Shown here in pieces: positions 1-11,827 of a DNA stretch of 64,000 bases (position 1 is the first letter of the stretch; every line of letters starts with the position of its first letter). The position numbers were made by a program, and so were the translations under genes. The notes under the pieces are model-generated. The model ran no database searches, was not told the DNA's origin, and was given only the letters and a program-made list of their open reading frames with translations. This stretch comes from Podarcis filfolensis (lineage: Eukaryota), in assembly GCA_964270895.1 (NCBI GenBank), contig OZ185442.1; one strand, 5' to 3'.

Positions 1-1072
1 AGGGATAGTGCCTCAAACAGCATTATGCCTCAAGAAACTGCAGGATCGGTAGCAAACGTGTGTGCAGCTTCAGAAACTAGCAATGGAAGCAATAACAACT
101 TTGCCCACCCCCACCCCCCCTCTTTTGTGTCCGGATTTCCACTTTTTGAAATACGGCAATCCTAGAATAAAAGGAATTCTCGGTACCACTAGAAGAAAGT
201 CCTCTGGCAGGGAACACAGAGGTCAGGCAGGAACACAACAAATGCCCCATGGTGCCTGTCCAGTCAACTTGCCCCTCCTTTATTTTTTTTAATGTTGCAA
301 GTTGTTTGGGTGTGAGGGTTGGTGGGCTTTTTGGTTGGGTGATCTGCATTTTTTTGTCTGTGTTGTTTTTTATGTGTGTGTAGATGTTCTGCCTTGGGTG
401 TTCTTTTTGGGAGCCTTCTAAGCATTGCCAGTTTTTCTTCTGCAAAATGGTTATTCTGTGGTGCGCCAAACACAACTCCTTAGATTTCTAGATGTGTCCC
501 CAGGCTCAGAAATGTTGGGGACACCTTGGTTGGACTCAGTTCTGGACTACAAGGACTGGGGAGGCCTGGGTTCAAATCCCCAAATTGCCACCAAGCTCAC
601 TGGGTGACCTCAGACCAGTCACTCCCTCTCTCTGTGCCTACCCTTCTTCACAGGGTTGTGGCAAGAATAACATGGGGGAGATCAAAGTATGCTGCCTCAA
701 GGTCCTTGGAGGAGAGGTGGCATTAAAACATATATAATAAGTTAATAAATACACACACTAGTTAAGCTGTGTGCACACCATACAATTAAAACACTTTGAA
801 AGCACATGTCTTCCCCCAAAGAAACCTGGGAACTGAAGCCCTTTGAGGGGATAAACTGCAGTTCCCAGGATTCTTTGGAGGGAAGACATGTGCTTTAAAT
901 GTATTGTGCAAACACCACCTAAGCCTGGATGTAGTCATTCGCCCCAGAGACAATTCCATAGGATTGTATCGAACTAAGTTCTACTCAAATGTAGACCCAT
1001 TGGAACTGATGGACATAAGCTACTCATGTACATTAAGCTCAATGGGTCTGCCGTGAGTAGCATTGGATACCA

Positions 1073-1496
1073 TCCAGAGATGGAAAGAAGATAAAATCCC
1101 TACCAAAGAATGACAGATCAAGTCGATGGATTGTGCCGAAATGGCAAAAATGACTGGAAGAATCAGAAATCAGGAAGACCAAAATTTTAATAAGGAATGG
1201 GGGAAATTTATAACTTATCTTAAAGACCATTGTAAACAGTTAAAACCATTAGTAGGATTGGAATATCACTTGTAGTTTAATGGCGAATTTTGGATACAAT
1301 GGAGAGATAAAAGATTTGGATTATTATAAAAGATGCAGGAGGAAATGATTAACAATAGAACCCACAAAGGGGAGGAAGGAGGGAAGTACAAGAGATTCCT
1401 TGGAATCTTGTTTTTATGTTGTATGTTGAATACGTGGCTGTAAAGTTTTAATCTGAAAAACCAAATAATTTTTTTTTAAAAAAAAAATAAAATAAA
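1073..1496 (+). mobile_element. 5'-truncated L1-like LINE 3' end
   Basis: Degenerate ORF2 C-terminus (WKEDKIPTKE...MAKMTGRIRNQEDQNFNKEWGKFITYL), A-rich tail, 11-bp TSD attggatacca (1062 and 1497). Confidence 0.8.
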
Positions 1497-2301
1497 ATTG
1501 GATACCACCATAGCAAATATATATATTGCAAGGCCTTGTGCCGGATCTCTCAACTCACCCGCTGCCTGTTAGCAAAGAGAAATATTAAAAACGAAACAGA
1601 CACCTGAGGGATGTGCCTGGTTTCTCTCCCAGGAACCAAAGGCTAGGAGTTCTGTGCCCTGGGCAGTGGGAAGATGGAAGTGCCCTTCTTTGCTGTCCCT
1701 GGCACAGGGCGAGAGAGGGCTGTGTCAGTCACCCACCGTGCCATCCCGAGAGCTGGAGACAAAGGCCGCGGTTGTGAGCAGGCATGAGTCAAGCAACGGC
1801 TACCGTGCGCACCAGGGTGATTCATTGCGAAGACAAAGGCTGCAGGGACTGTTTGCCCTGGCTACTAAGTCATAGCAGTTGGCAGCAGAGAATTGACCTA
1901 TTGTCTCTGAGAGAAGAGTGTGGATGTTTTCTGCGCGCTGGAGGGGCCTGATAGTTTAATTGACCCCAAAGGCATTCTGGTTTGAACCAGCTGCCTGGAT
2001 CGCCCCTGCGTCCACCCCCTGCCACATTATTTGTAAATAAGCACAGACATATAGCGGGGAGCTGGGGAACCTGTGGCCATCCAGGTGTTGTTGGACTACA
2101 ACTCCCATCAGCCCTGGCCATGATGGCTGGGCATAATGGGAGTCTTGAGTCTACAGCTCCCAAGATGTGTTGGGGGCAGCCGTGTGCTTTCAATGTATAG
2201 TACGGATCTGACCTAGTTCTTATTGTCCATGGATCTCAATTCACCTTGCCTCGTCGGCTGCTTGGAAACGTGTTAGTTTTCCTGATAGCTAGTTAATTCT
2301 G

Positions 2302-2555
2302 TGTTTCCCGTGTAGTGTAGTGGTTAAGAGCAGTGGACTCGTAATCTGGTGAACTAGGTTCAATTCCCTGCTCCTCCACATGCAGCTGCTGGGTGACCTT
2401 GGGCCAGGCACACTTCTCTGAAGTCTCTCAGCCTCACTCACCTCACAGAGTGTTTGTTGCAGGGGAGGAAGGGAAAGGAGATTGTTAGCTGCTTTGAGAC
2501 TCCTTAGGGTAGTGATAAAGTGGGATATCAAATCCAGACTCCTCTTCTTCTTCTT
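2302..2555 (+). mobile_element. tRNA-headed SINE with gggtgaccttggg core and (ctt)n tail
   Basis: Box A/B-like gtagtggttaag / ggttcaattcc; same family as the 27565 copy. Family name not certain (Squam-type). Confidence 0.85.
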
Positions 2556-4170
2556 TCCGTTTTCTTTTGAAATGCAGTCTCTCATTTTTTGATCTCTCTC
2601 TGCTTCGTTCTTAAATTGATGTGCTTAACTGGAACTCTGGAGGTGAAAAATGCCACCCCACAGACTGCGCTGGGCACACATTGGCTGCTGCCAGTCAGAG
2701 TAAATGGTAAAAGGCTGTAAATGGTACCAGGCCAGATGGACAAATAGTCTAACCGTGATATAAGACAGCTTCTAATGAACTGAATCTGGTCACCCTAGTT
2801 CTGCCCCTTAACCTGAAAGCAGGGATGGAAGGAGCTATCAGTTTCAGTTCTCTCTTTCCCCCATCTAGAGTTAAAATTCTCCCCATTTCTGCAGCATTTT
2901 TTTTAAAAACCCTCATGAAAATTCTTTAGCATTTTTATTTTTATTTTGCAAATTTCTCCTAACAAAGCACATTTTGTATGCAGTTTTGACTGGTGTGCAC
3001 TTTTTTTTGCAAGCAATTTCCCTGACATGCCTTTTAAAATACTATTTTCACTAAAATGTTTGTTCATCTGTACACATCTTATGTAATTCACTTAATGTGT
3101 GCATTTTTTTGTAAACATCGTTTGATTGGGAGAACCGCATTGCACGATTTGGGTCAGTGCAGACTTCAAAGGATGGCTGTGACTCATTGTTTTGCAACGT
3201 GTGGATTTTATAGATCTGCCTTTAAACGTGAACTGAATTAAATTCGTTCTCTCTTTCCCCCGCCCCTCAATCTCTACCTGGAAGTGCAACCAGTTAAAAA
3301 GCAGATAGGAAAGCCCGTCGCACTTGTGGGAGACCTTGTTCAGGGTTCAGCCAGTGCAGCTGATTAGCTGGATCTATTGTCTTCATGAGTTCCTTGGAGA
3401 TTTCATGGACGGAATGGTCCAATCCTGGGGAAGAATGGGAGGAGCTTGGGGAGTTGATGCCTGACCACCCTGGGGAGGGTCCCAGCGGGTTGCTTGGAGA
3501 GGGAGTGTTGGTTGCCACTGAACTCACTGGGTACCTGTACCTGCACCTGCACCCCAATCAAAATCAGTGGATGAGTGCCTTATACCACAGTGCCCTCTTG
3601 TGTTGTGTTGGTGTGCTAACATGAACATGAAGCTCCTCATCACAGCCTCCATTGTGGACCAAACTACTTATTCCATCAGTGGGGGGACCTGTGGCTCTCC
3701 ACATCTTGTGGGACTCCAACTCCCCTCAGTTCCAGCCAGCAGGGACAATGAGAGCTGAGGTCCAACATCATCTTGAAGGCCACAGATTCCCACGTTAATC
3801 ACACTGCTACGAAACATGCTTAAAATCTCCTATTTCGAAAGGAAAGCAGCCTGATCCCGATTCTGCTGGAATCTTCCCTGCAGATCATTATAAGCAGTAA
3901 ATAGCAGCTTTAGGGAATAGTAACAGTGGGTAAGCAGGAAAGTGGTGCAGGACCTTGATCTGGAACGTGAATCCTGTGCGGTTTCTTTTCTTTCAAAATT
4001 GGCGGTGTTAAGTGCACCTTTTTTAAAATGTGCACAATGTGTAGTTTGGCTCACATACTTGATACAGCACAGCTTCTCCTGGTACCAGAGGAGTAGCGGT
4101 CCTTGGTCATGGGTGGTCAAGGACCTGTTACTATTTCTGAAGCAGGGCTCCTGCCTCCAGCATCTTAGAC

Positions 4171-4306
4171 CAGACGTAGGCAAACTCGGCCCTCCAGATG
4201 TTTTGGAACTACAGTTCCCATCATCCCTGACCACTGGTCCTGTTAGCTAGGGATGATGGGAGTTGTAGTCCCAAAACATCTAGAGGGCCAAGCTTGCCTA
4301 TGCCTG
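4171..4306. mobile_element. Short foldback hAT MITE (ggactacaactcccatc family; many degenerate relatives, e.g. 2066, 14165, 29410, 42790, 44405, 48485)
   Basis: TIR cagacgtaggcaa / ttgcctatgcctg; TSD tcttagac / tcctagac. Confidence 0.85.
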
Positions 4307-4827
4307 TCCTAGACCCTCCCAATCAACATGACAAGGGAACCCCTTGGGTAACTTAAAGAACTCTTCTGGCCCTCTGCTCTGATTGGAGACCATCAATGTG
4401 AAAGGAAATCAATGTGAAAGGACATGAGTCAGCCGCTGAAGACTGGCTCCTAGGGTCACTTGGGAGAAGGCGCACAGAAAGTACACGGAAGAGGAGTTCT
4501 GTGTGCTCCAAAGCTAAGCATTTAGGGACACTGAAAACGCAAGGTGCTTCAAAAGAAGGACGTGCAAGTTCTGTTACATGCAGTGGAAAACACAGCTCCG
4601 AAAGACGATACTGGAGCTTTCCAAACCATTTGCCCATGTATGTGCACAGAAAATAGCTGATCGCTGAAAGACAAGACATGGAGATCTGCATAGATTGTTG
4701 CAATGCGTCCCTAATAGTTGTTATTATTATTGCATAATCTTAAGAAGGTTGTATAATCTTAGAAGAGGTGTGTGGCTGTGAGGGGGCATGGCTGTGAACA
4801 GCTGAATTTGCCTCTGCATTACTGCCT

Positions 4828-5108
4828 GGTACTGTCCCAGCTCCTGCCAACCTAGCAGTTTGAAAGTAAGCCAGTGCAAGTAGATAAATAGGTACCACTG
4901 CGGCGGGAAGGTAAATGGCCTTTCCTTGTGCTCTGGCTTCTGTCATGGTGTTCCGTTACACCAGAAGCGGTTTAGTCATGCTGGCTACATGACCCAGAAA
5001 GCTGTCTTTTGACAAACACTGGCTCCCTTGACCTGAAAGCGGGATGAGTGCCGCAATCCCATAGTTGCCTTTGACTGGACTTAACTGTCCAGGGGTCCTT
5101 TACCTTTT
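4828..5108 (+). mobile_element. Sauria SINE, 5'-truncated
   Basis: cagctcctgccaacctagcagtt...gtcctttaccttt tail. Confidence 0.85.
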
Positions 5109-5214
5109 TTACTGTACAGCATCACTCCAACCAACACAGATTTCAAGCCCTCCCCTCCCTACACACAGCTCCAGGGTTCAAGACTGACTCCGAATGTATT
5201 GCTAGTCAATATTT

Positions 5215-5220
5215 TTTATT
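5215..5220 (-). terminator. Polyadenylation signal of FAM187B-like gene
   Basis: AATAAA on the - strand (tttatt on +) about 58 nt after the stop codon. Confidence 0.6.
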
Positions 5221-5277
5221 AGTTAGCAATCCATGCCCTGCTTTTCTGGGATGTTTAAGTGGTTGTCTGCATCCCAG

Positions 5278-5617
5278 TTAGACCATGGTGGTTCCGGGTT
5301 TTCTCCGGCAGGACTGGATGATGCTGAGGAACATAAGGAAAACAAGGAACATGGAGAGCCCAACAATCAGCGCCTCGATGATGGAGTAGGTGTGGCCGTG
5401 CTCCCCAGAGACTGGCACGACCCCGGAAGAAGCCACAATGAACTTGCCCACCAGGTGCCCGTTGACATAACACTGGTAATAAGCCCCATGCGATTCGTTC
5501 TGGAAGGAGAGGCGCAGGATCCCACCGCCGGTGGCCTTGTCGAGGCTCTGGGAGCTATTCTTCTGGAGAAGTTCAAGGCGGGTCAGCATGGTGGGGCCCG
5601 CTTGCCAGTACACAGGA
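5278..5617 (-). CDS. FAM187B: FAM187B-like coding exon 2 (second Ig-like region, transmembrane helix, short tail, stop)
   Basis: Acceptor ttcttttcttcag|T at 5618/5617 completes the phase-2 codon (AG|T, Ser). Reads PVYWQ...YQCYVNGHLVGKF...SIIEALIVGLSMFLVFLMFLSIIQSCRRKPGTTMV*. Joined CDS 839+340=1179 nt, 392 aa. Confidence 0.9.
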
Positions 5618-5855
5618 CTGAAGAAAAGAAGGGGGGGGAGAAATGGGGTTGGCGTTGGATGGAGGGGTGCAGGCAGGCAGACTCTCCCAACATTTTGCAG
5701 ACAGAAATGCAGGCTGTTACTGTCCAGTTAGCACCCTAGCCAATTAACTACAGATGCCTGAGGTGATTAATTCATTGCCTTACTCAAGGATGCTTTTTTT
5801 AAAAAAGTAGGCTGTATTGAACTAAATTACAGCTCTCATTCATGATATACATATA

Positions 5856-6083
5856 CAGTGGTATCTCAGGTTACAGACGCTTCAGGTTACAGATGCTTCA
5901 GGTTACAAACTCCGCTAACCCAGAAATAGTACCTCAAGTTAAGAACTTTGCTTCAGGATGAGAACAGAAATCGCGCGGCGGCAGCAGGCCCCATTAGCTA
6001 AAGTGGTACCTCAGGTTAAGAACAGTTTCAGGTTAAGAACGGACCTCCAGAACAAATTAAGTTCTTAACCCAAGGTACCACTG
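5856..6083. mobile_element. Tc1/mariner (Tigger-like) MITE
   Basis: cagtggta(t/c)ct ... ggtaccactg TIRs, TA TSD. Confidence 0.9.
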
Positions 6084-6693
6084 TAAAGCACTCTTCTAAC
6101 ACTTTAACAGTCATGGGAAGAAAGGATCCTGGGAACTATAGTTTGCTAAGGGTGTTGGGCATTTATGAGAGGGAATTTCCTAACAACGTTCAACAGCTTT
6201 AACAAACTACTGTTCCCAGAATTCTTCCCAGAGGGAAGCCACAACCTTTAAAGTGGTAAAAGAGTGCTTTTAAATGAATTGGTGAACCTCCTTTAGTCAT
6301 CTCCTTTATTTTCAGTGGGTCTACCCTGAGTAGGACCAACATTAAATACAATCCAGTAATTCCAAGCATAACTTTGTTTCTGACAGGGATAGGGCAACTT
6401 CACACACCCCCAACACAACATGGCCCCAAACTGGGAAACCCTATTCGAGGTCTGCAATCCCATGTGAGATCGTAAACCCAGGAAAAGTACTTTGGGGGCA
6501 AAGTACACAAAAACACATGTTCTGGGGCACCACACAGACCCCAAAAAATGCTTTGGGGGGCGGGCAAGGTCTTGGCCCGAAATTGCATGAGAGCACGACA
6601 CCCAACATGGCCATCATACACTTGCAGGAAAAAACAAGTATCTGAAGAAATGTGTATACACACGAAAGCTCATACCTAGAAAGCTTATACTTA

Positions 6694-6935
6694 CAGTGGT
6701 ACCTCGGGTTACATACGCTTCAGGTTACATATGCTACAGGTTACAGACTCCGCCAACCCAGAAATAGTGCTTCAGGTTAAGAACTTTGCTTCAGGATGAG
6801 AACAGAAATCGTGCTCCGGCGGCACAGCGTCAGCAGGAGGCCCCATTAGCTAAAGTGGTACCTCAGGTTAAGAACAGTTTCAGGTTAAGAACGGACCTCC
6901 GGAACGAATTAAGTTCTTAACCCGAGGTACCACTG
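6694..6935. mobile_element. Tc1/mariner MITE, same family as 5856
   Basis: cagtggtacctcggg / cccgaggtaccactg, TA TSD. Confidence 0.9.
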
Positions 6936-7065
6936 TAGTTGGTCTTTAAGGTGCTACCGGAATTATTAAATTTTTTTTTTTTTTTAAAGATTCTTTTAAA
7001 GACTGTCTTAAGACAAAAAGACTTGATTCTCTTAAGGGAGTTCTTTTTGGATCATATATATACTC

Positions 7066-7086
7066 CCTCTCTCTCTCTCTCTCTCT

Positions 7087-7120
<34 letters not shown>
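7066..7120. repeat. (CT)n(CA)n compound microsatellite
   Basis: Read directly. Confidence 0.95.
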
Positions 7121-7124
<4 letters not shown>

Positions 7125-9065
7125 TTCCATCTTGTTATTTGCTATGACTACAACAGACCAACACGGCTACCTACCTGAATCAGGAAAAAACAAGGTGTTT
7201 AGTTTTTCCGGGGCAGTTGACACAGGCATGAACCTTTGGCCTTCCAGATTTTGTGGCTTATAATTCCCCGCCCCCATGTTCGCTAGGGTTGATGGGACCT
7301 GGAGTCCCCAGCTGTACCTTACAGATAATATTAAGAAAAACCATGCAGACTATATTCTACCCAAATGCTCAGCAAGAATCGAGACAGCTGCTGCCTCCCA
7401 AGTTTCTGGTCTTGTGGAAAGGCACAGGAATGATTGGCAGACAAAGGTAGCAGCAATATTTTGGACTTAGCTATACAGCTGCAAATATAATGTTTTAAGT
7501 GCGTTCCAAGTGCATCATACAAACATGACACTAGATGGCGATGGTGGGCTAATGGCAAATTCAATATATATTTTAACACCTTTTTTTAAAAAAAGCATTT
7601 TCACAGCGTTTTTTAATATATGTCTAGATTCAGCCCTTGTTTCATTGTCTTGCTTTGCACTGGCTGACTTACTTATAATTATTACAAATGTCTATACCGC
7701 CTATCATAAAGAATGCCAAAGCGGTATGCAGCATAATATCACAAAATGCCATAACATGCAAATCAAACATCAGAATAAGTTAATTCAGATTATCTATACA
7801 GCAGTTATGTGGTTGGGCTGCATTTCAGGGAATGCCTGAATAAACAAAACAAGAAGTTTAAGCAAGTGCTGAAAACTTTGTACTTTTGACACATGACCTT
7901 TTGTTCTAGAAGCAATGGAGACTTGCTAAATTGTCCACATGCTATCTAAATAAACTGCATTTTTTATTTTTTGCCCCTGAAAAGCACTTCTTGAAAAACT
8001 GGTTTCATTCATCAAATAGATGCTCGTTGCAGACTGATTCTGCATTGCCCCAGTGTGTGTCTGTTTGAAAACCGGTAAAAACAAATGTGCTTGTGTGTGT
8101 ATCCATCGCACCTGTCCAATAACACTGTGGGTGAATACATATGCAAAGACTGCAACCACCACTTCCTTCTTCCTTCACCTGGGAGAACGTGCAGGTAGGA
8201 AAAGGTGTGGATTACCTTATCAAGGAGAGCCCATCAAGTGACCACATTCCCTATTGCATACAACAGGAGCTAAAATCTATCTAGATCAAAAGCAGCATCT
8301 TGAGGATGAGCACAAACAATTTCAGGTTGAGAAAAGACACTGCTGTGCTACAAATGTCCTACACAGCAAGAATGACAGGGCAGGACCGGCTTTTTTCAAA
8401 TATTCATCAGGATGCAATATAAACAGCAGTCAGGTCGTTATCAGGGCCAGATCCAGTGATCATTAGATTCCCATCTTGCCAAACATAGCAGACTGATGTT
8501 AAACTTTCGCTTTAGCCTTGTCTCAAATGTCTTTATTCCTACATAACTTCTTGCTTTTCCTGTGAACTGCTTCCTGCTTCACTAAAGAGTAGGATTCAGT
8601 TTGCTGCTACTGATACTTTTCTAGTCCCCTCCCACCCCCCAGCTATTAATCGGCATTTTGGCCTGGCATCCGGAGGTGAAAGTCGAGTCACCTGTCAATC
8701 ATTAACTGGCTTTTTCTTTTATTTGAGAGAGAGAACATAGACAGGCGAAACTTAAGTGCTATGAGAACACTTATATGGGACAGCCTCTCCCCTTCATTCA
8801 CACCAACATTTCCTCGTGCTGAAGATTGTGGTGGGTGAGGAGCTAATGGCTAGGATGGTGAAAGAATTGGAACAAACCATATATGGCTGCATACAAACCA
8901 TGCATAGCTTCTTCCAAAGAATTCTGGGAACGGTAGTTTGTTATGGAAGCTGGGAATTGTAGCTGTGTCAAGCATAAACTACAGTTCCCAGGATTCTTTG
9001 TGCAGAAACAACATGCTTTAAATGTACAACGTGTGTGCAGCCGACTTTAATTCTATGCAGACTTA

Positions 9066-9402
9066 CCGTATTTTTCGCCCTATAGGACACACTTTTCCCC
9101 CTCCAAAAATGAAGGGGAAATGTGTGTGCATCCTATGGGGCGAATGCAGGCTTTCGCTGAAGCCTGGAGAGCGAGAGGGGTCGGTGCGCACCGACCCCTC
9201 TCGCTCTCCAGGCTTCAGGAAGCTCGGCGCAACCCTTGGGAGACCGGCGCAACTTTGCGCCGGTCTCCCAAGGGTTGCGCAGAGCTGCCTGCATTCCGAA
9301 GCCTGGGGCGCGCTGAAGAGCGCGCCCGGGCTTCACGCAGCTCTCCCCAAAAAACTAGGTGCACCCTATGGGCTGGTGCGCCCTATGGGGCGAAAAATAC
9401 GG
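9066..9402. mobile_element. Tc2/pogo-like MITE with internal hairpins
   Basis: About 21-bp TIR ccgtatttttcgccc(t/c)atagg; TA on the left, TT on the right. Confidence 0.85.
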
Positions 9403-9433
9403 TTCTTGGGGCGGAAAGCTGTGTACACACTCA

Positions 9434-9572
9434 CAGCTGAGTTGGTAGAGCATGAGACCCCTAATCTCAGGGTTGTGGGTTTGAGCCCCACATTGGGCGA
9501 AAGATTCCTGCATTGCAGGGGGCTGGGCAAGATGATCCTCATGGCCCCTTCCAACTCTATGATTCTATGATT
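9434..9572 (+). mobile_element. tRNA-Lys(CTT)-derived SINE with CR1-type 3' tail
   Basis: ggtagagcatgagacccctaatctcagggttgtgggtttgagccccacattgggcg follows tRNA-Lys-CTT; then cccttccaactctatgattctatg, the CR1 tail. Anticodon loop mutated, 5' stem lost. Confidence 0.8.
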
Positions 9573-10030
9573 TACTCAGCACCCAGGGTGCTCCCACAAT
9601 CCATATTTACTCTATAGTTTCTTATGAAAGGCTGCATTTTGATGTGTCCTCCACCCCTCAAACCAGTTTTGATCTGGATTGGGAAACATGTACCTAGCTG
9701 CGTAATGTTTACACAGCCTACATGGGATCGAATTCAGAGGAACTTACTTCTGAGTAAACACATGTGGGCCTGTGCTACGAGACCCGGTGTCCATTTGACT
9801 ATTTTATTGGGGTGAAAAGGGGGCAGATTAAAAGAGCAAAGGTTCCTCTGTGCCCTCCTGGCTAGCATGTGGGATGGGTTGCTGGAAGACGTGGATAGCA
9901 AAGCCATGCATAGATGGCGTCTTAGGTTCATGGCGTGGACAAGAAAAAGATCAGGTGGAATGCTAAAATAGTCTGACAAATCAAATTTTCAGCCAGGACG
10001 AAAGGAGGGTGGATTTCCCCTTTCCCATCT

Positions 10031-10180
10031 NNNNNNNNNNNNNNNNNNNNNNNNNNNNNNNNNNNNNNNNNNNNNNNNNNNNNNNNNNNNNNNNNNNNNN
10101 NNNNNNNNNNNNNNNNNNNNNNNNNNNNNNNNNNNNNNNNNNNNNNNNNNNNNNNNNNNNNNNNNNNNNNNNNNNNNNNN
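10031..10180. other. Assembly gap (150 N) in the FAM187B intron
   Basis: Run of N. Confidence 1.
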
Positions 10181-10198
10181 TGGAGACATTTTGGGATT

Positions 10199-10496
10199 TG
10201 TTATGTACTGAGTTGAATAGGATCCAAAATGCAGCAGTCTGATTGGTCCTAGAACAATAGGATTCAGAATGCAGCAGTCTGATTGGTCCGCAGGAGCCAC
10301 TCAATCCAGCTCCAGATGGAAGTGAATCCAGAACCTGATTGGCTTACAGGAGAATCCCGGAATTAGCCAATCACGTACAGCCCATTGTGTAAATAATGTA
10401 TATAAAGCAGATACTTTGGGGGAACATTCATTCCGCCTCACCACTATGAGCTGAATAAAGAGCATGAAATCCACGCTCGACTCCGAGTATATTTCA
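10199..10496 (+). mobile_element. Solo LTR (retroviral/Gypsy-type)
   Basis: TG...CA ends; 5-bp flanks ggatt/ggatg; 22-bp direct repeat x2; four CCAAT boxes; TATATAAA 10399; AATAAA 10454. Confidence 0.8.
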
Positions 10497-11169
10497 GGAT
10501 GCTGGCTGCTTTTCTAGAGATCTGGCATGGGGCACATTACCTGCATTGCTGGAAGAGGAATGCTTCTGAATAGCCATTGATGGCAACAACACCAAGGCAA
10601 GAATAAGATGCTTTCGGTTCCTTGCAGTCAGCAGCCACCCGCCTGTGTGGCAAACTGAAACCACCGCCTCAGGCGGTGGAATCCAAGGGGGGGGTGCGCC
10701 CATTGATGCCCTCCCTCAACAGAGAAGTGAGAAGCGGCTGCGGCTTCTGGTGAGCTCTCTCAGGGCTTTCACTGGGTCTAGCCAAAAGCCACTTCTGCTT
10801 CTCCTCGCTTCTCCGCAGCCAACACGGGAACTCCACCCACTGTCACACGAGAAGTGGCTTCAGTGGCAGCTTCTGGGGTTCCAGCCGCCGGCGAGATCTT
10901 CCTGTTTTGCCTCAGGCGGCCAAATGGGATGTGCTGCGCCAGAAGGCAGTTGTTCTGTGGAGCACTGAGCTCCACCTATTCACTACACTTTCATCCCACC
11001 CTCCCTTTGAAGAGCTCGTGGTGGGATGCCAAGGGCTTCCCCCAATTTTATCGTCACAAAAACCCTGCTAGCCAAGTGTGGGGCTAGAGACACGATGTAT
11101 CAAGGAGACACAGCATATCAAGCTGCCTTACAGACCATTGGTCCATTTGCATTTGGTATAGTCTTAGTG

Positions 11170-11683
11170 CAGGGGTCAGCAAACTTTTTCAGGAGGGGTC
11201 CGGTCCACTGTCCCTCAGACTTTGTGGGGGGCTGGACCCACCCTCTCCTGAAAGCACCCCCCAAAGGACCCCCCTCCTGAAAAGACCCCCCTACCACTGC
11301 CACTCATGCCGCAGCCACCGCCTCGTCTTCGACAGCGTCATCATTGTCCTCTGCCTCAGCCAGGGGCCTGGGTGGCAGAGACAGCCTCCCCACCACCGCT
11401 GCTTCCTCCCGCTTGGCTCTTGGCCATATGCGGCCACCTCAGCGGGAAGGAAGGGGCTTTGCCCAGAGGCGTCCATGGCTACGGATTGGCTGCAGGAGCT
11501 TCTGGCAGCCAATCCAAAGCTGTGCCAGCGTCGTAGAAGTCAGACCCCGCGTGGCGCGGTCTCCACGCCAGACTGGTTTAGCGGGGGGACTGACCAAGTG
11601 GGCGGCAGGGTCCGCAAGGTGGCAGGCCAGATTGAGCCTGGTGGGCCGCATCCAGCCCCCGGGCCTTAGTTTGCTGACCCCTG
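11170..11683. mobile_element. Non-autonomous hAT element
   Basis: 16-bp perfect TIR caggggtcagcaaact; exact 8-bp TSD tcttagtg. Confidence 0.92.
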
Positions 11684-11827
11684 TCTTAGTGTCTGACTGG
11701 CAGTGGCTCTCTCTCCAAGGTCTTAGAGAAAGATGCTGCTGCCTTCTACCTGCTCCTTTTAACTAGGGTTGCCAGGGATTGAGCCAGGGCCCGTGGCTCT
11801 ACCATAGAGCGAACTTGAGGTCTGTAC

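Noticed and set aside
1-170. Open frame ending in TAG followed by AATAAA at the window start
   Set aside because: The end overlaps a common lizard repeat terminus and no homolog is recognisable; cannot be judged at the window edge.
3294-3557. 87-aa Ser/Pro-rich - strand ORF as an exon of a neighbouring gene (e.g. FXYD5-like)
   Set aside because: Acceptors lack a pyrimidine tract, no FXYD motif or TM exon found, and the sequence looks like an old LTR-type remnant.
5233-5739. 168-aa + strand ORF
   Set aside because: Antisense shadow of FAM187B exon 2.
9434-9499. Functional tRNA-Lys gene
   Set aside because: 5' acceptor stem missing, anticodon loop mutated, fused to a CR1 tail: it is a SINE head.
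9022-9570. 182-aa + strand ORF
   Set aside because: Runs through a palindromic MITE and a SINE; no protein features.
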